Assembly: GCF_001194135.2 (NCBI RefSeq)
Contig: NC_068987.1
Span: 15,627,819-15,691,818, forward strand
Length of the DNA: 64,000 nt
Source: Octopus bimaculoides
Lineage: Eukaryota
Direction of reading: 5' to 3'
The number at the start of each line of letters is the position of its first letter. Position 1 is the first letter of the stretch. Under the pieces are notes generated by a model that saw nothing but the letters and a program-made list of their open reading frames with translations, had not been told where the DNA came from and ran no database searches. Shown piece after piece: positions 1 to 64,000 of the stretch. A program made the position numbers and the translations under genes.

Positions 1-1419
1 TTACATAATGGTGCCACCAAGTTGTCCCAGCAGAGAATTGTTATCATGGCAGTATTGGTGAAGAGTAGTTAAATGGTGTCAGAGTCAGCTTGCTGCTGAA
101 GAATTTCATATCGCCGTCGTCATCGTCGTCGCTGTATCATTACCATCGTTATTAGCATCATCATCATCTTCAGCAGCAATTGTTCCACCACAAAGTTGGA
201 TAATTATGCAGGTGTTGTTTAGTCCTATATTAAACCTGATAAAGCAGACTCAGAACGAAAGGTTTATCCAGCCGTGACCATCTCGTCTTTTGTATGTGTC
301 TGCGTGTATGTATAAATATAGGACTACATCGATTATCCCAATGTTCCCTTTTCTTCAGATAATAATGTGTAATTTGACTGTTATTTCTAGTAATTCAATA
401 ATCGCGTAGAAATGGAGAATAGCTCTTTGTGGGAGTTTGTACAGTTTTAGAAAAGTACGTGTGTGCATGTGTGTGTGTGTATTTGATTAGAAATATATCA
501 AATTACTATACCATATGAGCTGGTTTTGTTTCGTTGTTTTTTTTACTGCATTATTCATGTATGTATATGTTTATAAACACACACGCATGTATGTGTGCGT
601 TCATTTCCAAATGCGCTCCTGGTAGAGATCGTCCTTATAAATTATAGATTTCATAAACAGGAGAACCTCGTCTGGTCCCACAAGATAAATCTCAAGAGAA
701 GTTTTAACTTATCTGACAGTTATACCTCAACCAAAACCCCAATTTCTTCCCCCACTACGAAGCCCAAAGTGGCAAATTTATGTACAAGGCCAGCAATTTT
801 GAGGAGATACAATCGAGCCCTGCATTCGTCTGGCGCTTTATATTATCGACTCTGAAAGAATAAAAGTCTGAGTTGTCCTCTCAACGGGATTTGAACTCAG
901 CACGTAAAGAGCCGGAACAAATAGCACGAGGCACTTTTTCCTCGATGCTCTAACGATTCTGCTAACTTGCCAATATTTACGTTAAGATGTTTACATAACC
1001 CTGCACCCTCTCCACTCGAATTACAATTAACGAAGGACCGTAAATTAGTAAAAAGGAAGGGAGGGACGTTGGCATTGTTTTTGTCGAATATAATAGAATA
1101 GCTGGAGTGGAGTGAAACAGGTAAGAGAATGAGTCAAGGCTAAACGTGTAGAACAGAGCTGAATAGAAGACAGATAGCTTATAGGTTAGCAATTATTGGT
1201 CTGTCACGTGTGAGGAACGGGCAGAGACAGAGCAAGGGAATGTGTGTATGATGGAGAGACGTTAACAGCAAGCATTGTATATACACATAACTAAACACGC
1301 ACATACACACGAAAAGTAATCAAAGCAAGCGAACCCAAACTCTCGGCATTTTCCACCGACCTTGACAGTCGCCTCTTTTAGTTGAATGTCCTTGACAAAA
1401 CAAAACTGAACCAGCCATT

Positions 1420-54366
<52,947 letters not shown>

Positions 54367-54479
54367 GTGAGTATTGTGGACGAGTATCCTATGTATACAC
54401 TATAACAGTCTCTTTTATAACAAACTACATATTGCACTAGATTAATATGCTTCTGCACTTTGGTAACAATTGTCTATGG

Positions 54480-54511
<32 letters not shown>

Positions 54512-57500
54512 TCAATATTCTTGGCATCTTGGTGTCTAATAAGAACATGAGTTGTGTTTAGAGCTTTTTACTGCTTTTGTGAATTATGATTGTCTTGCAA
54601 CAGGATGGTTTTGCAGCTAATTTCTATGTACTTTTTTCTCCTTGTTATTAAACATTTATTTTTTTTTCTTTATGAAAGTCTATGTGGGATGGCTTCTCTT
54701 GTCTTTGAGCAATAACTGTTATAGTAATTAGATGTTTTAGGGCTTTTTTTTCTTATCAATAACCATTCAACTATAAAGCAGGATTTGAATTTGTTTGTCA
54801 GCCTGACAGACTGAGATAAGAAGAGTTATTTATCTTGCTCAGAAGCACAACATATTGTCTTTAGTAATATTTGAATGTTTGACTCCATGATTTAGTAAAT
54901 CCAGTACCCTAACACCACAGACATAAATTTACAACATGACTGTCCATATTGAAATCTATTTTTATTTTTTATGGTTTAGCCAGAGGAATAAGAGTTGTAT
55001 CTATGATTTTGCATGGCCTCTGGGTGTGGTGAGTTTGGGAAAGGGAGGAAGAAACTGTGAATTATCGATTACTATAATAGGAAGCCACTTGCAACAGTGG
55101 ACTTCACTAAAAGCATCTCTGAACCAGGTGATAGCGTTAAACTGGGTGATGGATTAGATCTGCTATCTAAGAATTTGTAGTCAATTTTATAGGTTTATAT
55201 ACAGTTCCCAACTTCCAAAAGATTTGTCTTTAGTATCATATATAATTTTAACTTCTTCACAGATTGAGGCATAAAATACAATTAATTTCTGACTGTATTT
55301 TTAGTATTTTCTATCCCTACAATTTGTAAGAGTGAGGTGATTAGATACATACAATAAATTTTATATTGTACTAGTGATAAACCTGTAATAAAGAAGCGAT
55401 CTATTCAGGTCCACTCTGGTAATTCATATTGTAATTTTTATCTTTTCAAAATTCATTGAAAACTTTTGTTACTGTATTTCTATTGAAATACACTGCTTGT
55501 ATTTCAATTAGGTTTGAAAATAATGAGAAACTTATTAAAAGAACTTTGCCATTAAGCTGGTGTTTGGAATATTTATTATAATGAGATTGTAATGCAAGAT
55601 TTTAATTTAGGTTACAATAAAAAACAAAATTGTATAATAGAACGAAGGGCAGTCTTGGGTGGGTTAGTATCAAAATAGTTAAAACAAATTTATTGGATAA
55701 AAAGATTTTTCTGTTTTTTCTTAATGTAACCAATTTAAACAGAATATTTCAGGAAACTGCATATTACATGTGATTGAACTGCATGATGTCTTCATGTCAT
55801 AATTGCTTCATGTTCTGATAATATATGCAGGAACTGTAAGTTGCATGGAATTGCATCCACTAACTATGAATTTGCATGTGATTGTTGTAGTTTAGTCCAA
55901 GATTTATTTTAACAGAGCTGGTCTATGCTTGAAACATTCCAGTGATACCCTTCCTGTCTATTTTCTTTTTCCAGATATACTGTACCTAGGACTAAATTAT
56001 TCACTGTGTCTTTAACTCTTTTGTTACCATATTTCTGTTGAAATATACTGCCTTTGTTTCAGTTAATTTCAAAAATAATGAAGAATTTTGTAGAATAACT
56101 TTGTTATTATTAAGGTAGTGTTTGGAACTTAAAATAGCATTTTGATGGAAGATTTTAAATTTAGATTATTTTTAAACAGGTAATTTGTATCATTGATCCA
56201 GAGGCAGTCTCAGGCTCAGAGTTGGTATCAAAAGGGTTTAAATATGTTGCAACCATGTAGAGTATTTCACTGACTTCATATGGTTGCCAACAAGAATGTC
56301 ACATTTGCACGAAATAAATAAACTGGCTGCATATTTGCATCAGAAGATACACTTTTTATCATCATGCAAATTGCACCTTGCTCAAAACTAATTATTTTGT
56401 CTTTTTCTTAGGAGTTTAAAACCTTTTTATTATGCTAAAATATATTATTGATCTTAAAGACCACCTGAGAATTTGTTTACTGTTCTAAATTGGAGCTAAG
56501 GTCCTATTCCTTATTAGAAATCAAACATTTGTTTCATACTTTTTACTGACTTTCAGTTGTACTTCAAGAAACAAATCTTTTCATTAGATTTTAATATAAA
56601 AACTGTAACTGTAATTAACATTGACATTTTTGTTGTAGAATGGAGGGAATTCCAGTAAACCTGGACTGGATCTTAGGTTATTACTTAAATGGTTGAAAGT
56701 ATTTCTGAAACTGGGAACATTTAAAAAGAAAAAAAGCCAAGAAAAGATCAAACATGCAGTGAACAAAATAAAAATATTAATAATATCATTTGGGGATTAT
56801 TGGGGGGGGGGGGCGTGTGTGTGTGCGTGTGTTTCATTGGCAAATATGAGCAACAACTCCAAATGGTTCACACTTATATGGAATTATTGATGAAAACATA
56901 AACTATAAAATCTTGCCACATCTACTGAAGTGTTACTAATTGAACCATTAGGTGAGATATAGACGTGTTAATTACAATATTGATTTTTATAATGCACCAC
57001 TCTTCCTTATTATTATGTAATAAATACTCCCTTGAAATAGTGGTGTGATAATAATAGCTGACAACATGCTGTAGTTAAAACTTACCTAATCTGACTATAA
57101 ATATGCAATAAAAGATAAAAACCCATTCTTAATAAGATATGAATGAAACTCATTGTTGAAATTTACTTCACTTATGTAATTGTAGCTTGAGTTTCTATTT
57201 CATCATTGGCGCTCTGACATATCCTGTGATGTACCCTGTGCAAGGATGCATCACAAACTGCTGTTCTGTTTTCATACCAGCAGAACCAATAGAAAAATAT
57301 GTTATAGTTAATTATAACTATATCTTTATCATAAATATATTTTCTGCCTACACATAATTATAAGATCAATATATTACTATCAGTGAATAACTTAAAATGC
57401 TGCTACTAACATTGCTATTTATTTAACATACGTTTTCTTCCATCTCATGAACATTGCACTGTCTTATTACTCACCTTGTTTTGTTGTATTCTATTCATTT

Positions 57501-58559
57501 GTTTATATGCCATCACCATTATTGCTCTCTCTCTCTCACACGCACACATGTTTTGTGTAATTCTTGATAAAAAAATATTCAGCCTCACAGCATACTAAAT
57601 CTGGCTTCATATGAAATGTGATGAGAACACTGAAACAGTTTACATATGCTATGAGATCATACATTTTGAATAGAAGTGTGTGTGTTTGTAAAGATATATA
57701 TATATATATAATCATTATTTAATGTACATGTTTCATGCTGGCATTGATTAGATGGTTTGACAAGATATGATGGGCCCAAGGTCTGCATCATGCTCTAGTG
57801 TCTGATTTGGCATGGTTTTTATGGCTGGATGACCTTCCTAATGCCAGCCACATTACACTGTGTACTGGCTGCGTTTCTCATTCCACCATCACTAGTAACA
57901 CCATTGTACTGTTTGTAAAACTATAAACTCTGAGAGAGCAGCTTTATGCTAAGATATGAGAGCCAAAAGATGGGCAAAAATAAGAGCAAAGGGGCCAGAG
58001 CAGAAAAGGTTTCTTTCTGTAAAAGAACTACAGAGCTACTCGCATTTTAGAAGAGAGGACAGGTGTGATATGGAGGAGGTGACTGACAGTACTCAACAGC
58101 AGAATAATAATGATGAGACAGGAGAAGGATGAGAAGAATATTGCTGGCCAGATTGTAGAATTGAGCAGGAAAGAGTGAGTCAGGTGTAGTGCATGAGGAT
58201 GGGAAAGCTATATGATAGTGGTGGTGGTGGTGGTGGTGGAAGAAGAGAGAGTTGTTGATTCATTAGGATTCATTAGGGGAGGTGGTGATCAATGAAAGTG
58301 TTGGTAGAGAGAACAGTATTAATGGTTGAAGTGTGTATGTGTGTATCAATAATAGCTGCATTATTATTTGCATCGGTTTTCCATTCTGGCATAAATTGGA
58401 TGAGTGCCGAAGATGGCCAGTTCCAGTGTCATTCTTTGATGCATGGGTGTCATAATGAAAGTGAGAATTAGAACAAGAAGCAAGATGGAGGGAGAGAAGG
58501 GAAATGATGCAGGTGATAATGATAATGGATGGTGGTGATGGGATTGGGTACAGTGAAGA

Positions 58560-60260
58560 AAATGGAGGATGAGAGGGTAATGAATAACAGGTGGAGACTT
58601 AATGAATAATAAATGGAAACTTATTCAGAATATACTGGACAAGAAACCTAGAGATAATATGTATTCCAAGCTCTGTTATCAGTGTAGTAACAACCATTTT
58701 GCTATGATCGCACCAGTGATCATGTCCACTCTACCACCAGCATTGCAGTTCTTTGCCATCTATTTTATGAGGTTCAGCTTCTTGGTGTCTGTCTTCACTA
58801 CTTCATCTCTCTTCTTCCTAAAACACTCTTTTATACAACTGACATCCTCTTTACACACACTACTTGCCAGTTCTAAAGCAATCTTCTCTCTGGTACATGG
58901 GGTCCTTCCTTTTACACCTAACTTTTCCCTCATCTCCTTTGTACTTTCTCATTCATGTACCCTAACTTTGCACATTCGGTGGAGCAGTCTCACTTCATTT
59001 CTTCCCAGCTGTTACAAATCTTTCACATTCAAGGCCTACAATACATGCACCATTGCACTTTGTACACAAGCATCACACAATTTGCACCTTATTCTGAGAA
59101 ACCCTTTGAGTTAATAACTTTTTGCATCCTGTTCTTTCTCTAGCATCTGCGTTTTTGGTATGTCCACCCTCAATCCTACATAGCAAAAGAATTAACTTCC
59201 AGTTAATTCCCTAGTTTCCTCATTAGAGAGAGAGTATCAGTAGCACCGTGTCTTGGTACAAATCCAAATTGCTAAACTAATTTTCTTCTTAGTTGTGCTG
59301 TAACTCATTCTGTGATGTTGATAACTTGGTTGAATAATTTTATGCTTCTTTAGTTGTCTCTTTCCAGAACATCTCTTTTACCATTACATCAATTTTAACG
59401 ATGATATTACTATTCCAATCATTAGGTATAATACCTTCCTATATTACCTGATTTATTTGATTGAATAGTATGGGGTTCTACTTCAGATATTTTAAGTATC
59501 TCAGTGACTGTTCCTGATGGACCAGCTACTTTCTCTGCCTTCATATCCTTAATTGCGCTTTCACTTATACTGCTGTTAAGTTTAATGGCTGGTCTACTTG
59601 GCCCTATTTGGAGTAGGCTCCCTCTAGTGATGCTCTACACTCAACAGTGCTTCATAAGAGCACTTTCATAATCCTTTTTGGTATTTGTAAGAGTAAGTGT
59701 GCCATTACTTGCTCTACTGTACATTTCCTCTCTATTATATCTAGATGATCTCATTAGTACACTGTTTTGCAATCTTCATGTCGTTATTCTCATATCACAG
59801 AAAATGTGCAAGCTTCTTTCTTTCTGTTTTTCCCCTTACAATGTATACCTGACAGCAAGCTTCTCTTCTAGCTACTTAATATTGATCCCTGTAGCTGCCT
59901 TTCCTCCAGTCCTTCTAAGCCTTTTACATACTGTTTATGGCCCTGTCTGTTGTTCAAGTCCACGACCATGTTGCTTTCAGTTCAATTTATGGCTTTGCAC
60001 CAGCCACAAATCTGATCAATAGCCTTTAGCAGGTTGTCTCATTGAAGCTACCAGTTGTCTTCTGTGTAATCACTCTATCTTTTCCATGTCATACGTATCA
60101 AATACATCTCTGAATTTACAACAGCTCTTTCAGTTTCAATATGATTCTACTCCAGGGTGTTTCATCATGTCTCTCAGTCTGTCAAGTCCTGAAGTCACTA
60201 TTTACTAGGCAATGTTGGATGGTACATTCTTTGCTAGGGAAAGAACTTTACATTTACAAC
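58560..60260 (-). mobile_element. Degenerate RTE-clade LINE (reverse transcriptase and C-terminal region)
   Basis: Minus-strand translation with stops gives AIKDMKAEKVAGPSG and KLCDACVQSAMVH..ALNVKDL..RNEVRLLHRMCKVRVHE..EMREKLG, typical of RTE ORF2; boundaries approximate. Confidence 0.8.
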
Positions 60261-62270
60261 CTTCTGTCTACTCCGTTTCCTGGACTTGTTTGTTTCACCA
60301 AGATTATCATATATATATGAAAATACAATATAGACAAGATTCAGTTGAACAACGTATTTAAAGTTGAGCCACCTAGTTAGGTCGGAATAAAGTGCACACA
60401 CCACAATTTTTTAAGTGAATACCAACCTTGGTACAGAAGTACTGGCAGAATGATATTCAGGTAATGTATGCAGTCAATTTAACCCAACTGAGTACATAAT
60501 CTTCAGACATGTACAATTTATTAAATATACAGTCCATAATATACTTCAGAACATGCAAGGGGTATGTTCTGAGATAAGTGAATAAAGAATAAATAAGTAA
60601 CAATTGAAGGACAGGTGTCAATCCATCTTATCCTTCGGTTGTTACTTATATATATATATATATATATATATAGACAATAACTCTCACTAGAAGTCGAGAG
60701 ACAAGCAAAATGCAAGGTATATGTATGCATTTATTCACATATATACCATCACCATCATCTTTATCCCTCTTTCCAGCTGGAGTAGCTATGTATCTCCTCT
60801 ACATCAAGACACTTGTTCCTGTTTCTCTATTATACTTTAGCCTCTCAACACTTGGCATAAAACCACTTCTCTCTCTACTAAGCCCCACTCAATCAAGGGG
60901 TTTTGTCTTATAAGTTACTTGGTGACCTCACTAGTAGTGCTGGTGCCATGAAAAAAACCACCAAGTAGATTCTGCCAACTGGTTGGCAATAGAAAGGGCA
61001 TCCTGCCATAGAAACCATGCCAAAGCAAACACTGGAGCTTGATGCACGCCTCTGGTTCATCAAGCCCTGTTGAACTGTCCAACACATGCCAGCATGGAAG
61101 ACGAATGTTCAATAATGATGAAGATGACAATGCCTATGTGTGTGTGTGTGTCTGTGAAGATAGATTTATATGTGTGTGTATTTATGTATATCATCATCAT
61201 CATCAACTTTTAACATCCATTTTCCATATTGGCATGTCTAGCTATGAGGAAATATTACTTTACTTGAAACCAGGTGAGGATTACTGACATGAATTCCATC
61301 CAAACTATGCAAGCATGGAAAAGTGGACATTTAAACAATGATATAATCTGTATGCAGCCAATTTTGGACAAAACTTTGAAGTCACTGTCGACAATATTCT
61401 TGTTAAAGAATAATAAATTTGTACTCTACAAAAGCATAGAGAAACCCATCGGATTAATGTAAAATTATTTTTATTATGACTGAATATAGAAACAAACATT
61501 AACACACACACACTCACACACATATGTTATCATCAGTCATTGTCATCATAATTAATATCCTTTTCCTGTCCTGTGTATGTGCATGTACATATATGTGTGT
61601 GTGTGTATGCATATTTAGGGCATCCAGCTGTAGAAACTCTGCCAAATTAGATTGGAGCCTGGTGTTGCCATCCGGTTTCACCAGTCCTCAGTCAAATCGT
61701 CCAACCCATGCTAGCATGGAAAGCGGACGTTAAACGATGATGATGATGATGATGATATGCAAATGTATGTCGTTTATGAATGTGTGCGTGTATAAGTATA
61801 TATGTATATGCATATATGTTTGTATGTATATGCATATATCTATATCTATATGTATATATGTATATGCATATATGAGGAAAAGTGGCTGAGCTCCCTTCGA
61901 TTGTTGGGTCTCACAGAGGCAATGACTAAGACCTTTGGCATTATGTCGTGCTTGAGAAGACCCACCAAGCCAAATTGCTGTTGTGGCAGATACCAGTGTC
62001 ATGCAAATGGCACCCGTGCCGGTAGTACATAAAAGCACCCATTACACTCTTGGAGTGGCTGGCATTAGGAAGGGCATCCAGCCATAGAAAGCCATGCCAA
62101 ATCAGAATGGATCCTGGCTCAGCCTTCCAGCCCAGTCAAGCCATCTAACCCATGCCAGCATGGACAACAGACGTTAAATGATGATGATTATATATGTATA
62201 TGCATATACATATTTATATGTGTGTGTGAGTACATGTGTGTGTGAAATATATATTTATATATCATATATA

Positions 62271-62508
62271 TTGGGTTGGTGCATAATTATTGCAGCTCTT
62301 TTTCAACAAATTTTATTCAACAAAAACAATAACAACATGTAACAAAAACATCTTTAAATGATTATTCTGGAGCATATTCACCATCTACTTCAATTACTGC
62401 TTTCCAATTGTTTGGCAGATGGTCAGACCTTCATTTAAAGAAGTTTTGTTAAATATTGTCATTGTTTTTGTTGAAAAAAAAAGCCACAGTAATTATGCAC
62501 CAACCCAA
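62271..62508 (-). mobile_element. Mariner-derived non-autonomous element
   Basis: TA|TTGGGTTGGTGCATAATTA...TAATTATGCACCAACCCAA|TA terminal inverted repeats; internal minus-strand DHLPNNWKAVIEVDGEYAPE* resembles a mariner transposase C-terminus. Confidence 0.85.
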
Positions 62509-63948
62509 TACTTATAGATAAACATAAATAAAGCAATAACTGACTGGTTACTTATGTTTGGCTTCAATAACTTGAGTGCTAAGCAGAAACTGTATGGATT
62601 TTCTATCTACCTATATCTCTATATATATCTATCTATCCATTCATTCATCCATGCATCATGAAAGGGTTGAAGATCATTTTAATAAAGACTTTGACTCTCT
62701 GGTGTCTGTTTTACTGCCTATGTTTTACTACAGTCAAATCTGAATCAACAATTTTTTTGTTTCAACTATTGCACAAACAAGAAATTGTAGATTTATTTTC
62801 CTATCAAATTCATACATCAATGATTTTTTATCATTGATGATTATGGTGAAAAAACTTGACAGTGTTTGTTAATTTGATATTTTTTTCTACAGGATAACTA
62901 AATTATTTTTCTCCTTTCTTTCTCATTGTCTGATTTAACAAAATCTCTTTGTTGTTGAGTGATTTCAATGTTTCTTTTCTGTTTTTATTTTTTCTATATT
63001 TTTGCAAACTTAATTTATTCTAAAAGAAATGCAAATATTTGGAATTTTGTGAGTTTTAATTTTTCAATTTTTCTCTGACTTAACATTTGTTTACAGTTTT
63101 TTTCTTTATATGTATGTTTTTTACAGTTTTTTTAACCTATCTTTTTTACTTGCTCCTAAAGACAAGATAGCTTATTAAATGCCCAGCTAATTTGCATTCA
63201 GATGAATCATGTTTTTTATTTTTATTTTTTTTACAATTATATGTTATTTACACAATAACGGATTCTGTCATTTATTAAGCATGGTACCTGTAATGTAGGT
63301 AGAGGGATTTATCTACCCCAGGTGATGCTTTTATTGGGGAAACACTTTGGGGTCTACTATTTAAGCCTGTATAGGCTTGGGGGCCTGGGTGGGATGGGAC
63401 AGAAAATTCAAGGTCTGTCTCCACTCTCTTGCTACACACACTGCATGTACTTACTATCATGGAGGCTAACTGAGACAAGCAGGCTTATGTATTTTGCCCA
63501 AAGGCACAGAGCTTAAACCTATGATAATGTGAACAAGACTCTACAAATAACATCTGTAGTCATTATATATGCCTTATACCAGCCAATTACTCATACTAAT
63601 TATCCTTCAGCCAATGGCTCTAGGTGAAATACAATGGATTTTTCAATACTTTGACTGGTGTATTGTGGATTAACCTCAACATAGCAGATCAGCCCTGATT
63701 GAACAAACCTATGGCCAAAGACATGCCAGTTATAACCATTCCCATTTTTTTTACTCTCAGGAAAAATATACATGTAGCACCATGTTTTATTCTATAATGG
63801 TAGGGTATTACTTGAAAGAAATTTAGCTGTTATTTCTTGCAGGCTGAGCAATCTTATAGAAATACCTCCATTGGCTTGACTCCGTGATATTGGAGTAAAT
63901 AGTACTATGCATAGTAGACTGCTATGCAAATACATAAACATATAGCAG

Positions 63949-64000
<52 letters not shown>

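Noticed and set aside
1-1419. Promoter elements or a divergent gene upstream of PHKA
   Set aside because: No start site or motif can be supported from sequence alone; the region is mostly SINE and microsatellite, and ORFs 595-855 and 977-1192 have no recognisable features.
58602-59114. 170-aa + strand ORF
   Set aside because: It is the antisense reading of the degenerate minus-strand RTE LINE.
54367-64000. Further PHKA exons in the last 9.6 kb
   Set aside because: Several AG/GT candidates (near 55409, 55975, 57281) lack an open phase-compatible frame or homology. The next exon probably lies beyond the window, though a small divergent exon could have been missed.

Overview
AT-rich, microsatellite- and transposon-dense animal genomic DNA with five assembly gaps. 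The repeat families look like those of Octopus or another coleoid cephalopod, which is an inference from recalled repeats. The window holds the 5' part (about 705 codons, of a family whose members run to about 1,200 aa) of one long + strand gene for the phosphorylase b kinase regulatory subunit alpha (PHKA). I traced 20 exon positions by hand from the ATG at 1420 to 54366; all have GT-AG boundaries and continuous phases, and the 3' end lies outside the window. Exon 16 exists as two diverged homologous copies (25745-25889 and 36580-36727) whose phases make them mutually exclusive. By-eye folding suggests long-range RNA pairings that could control the choice. The introns also contain a complete 249-bp tRNA-headed retroposon with a 14-bp target-site duplication and a minimal hammerhead-ribozyme-like motif, a 1-kb cluster of fold-back elements, piggyBac- and mariner-type MITEs, a DD37D (maT) transposase remnant, RTE and CR1 LINE remnants, and many SINEs. 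Most ORFs in the supplied track are artefacts of microsatellites, N-runs or antisense reading.
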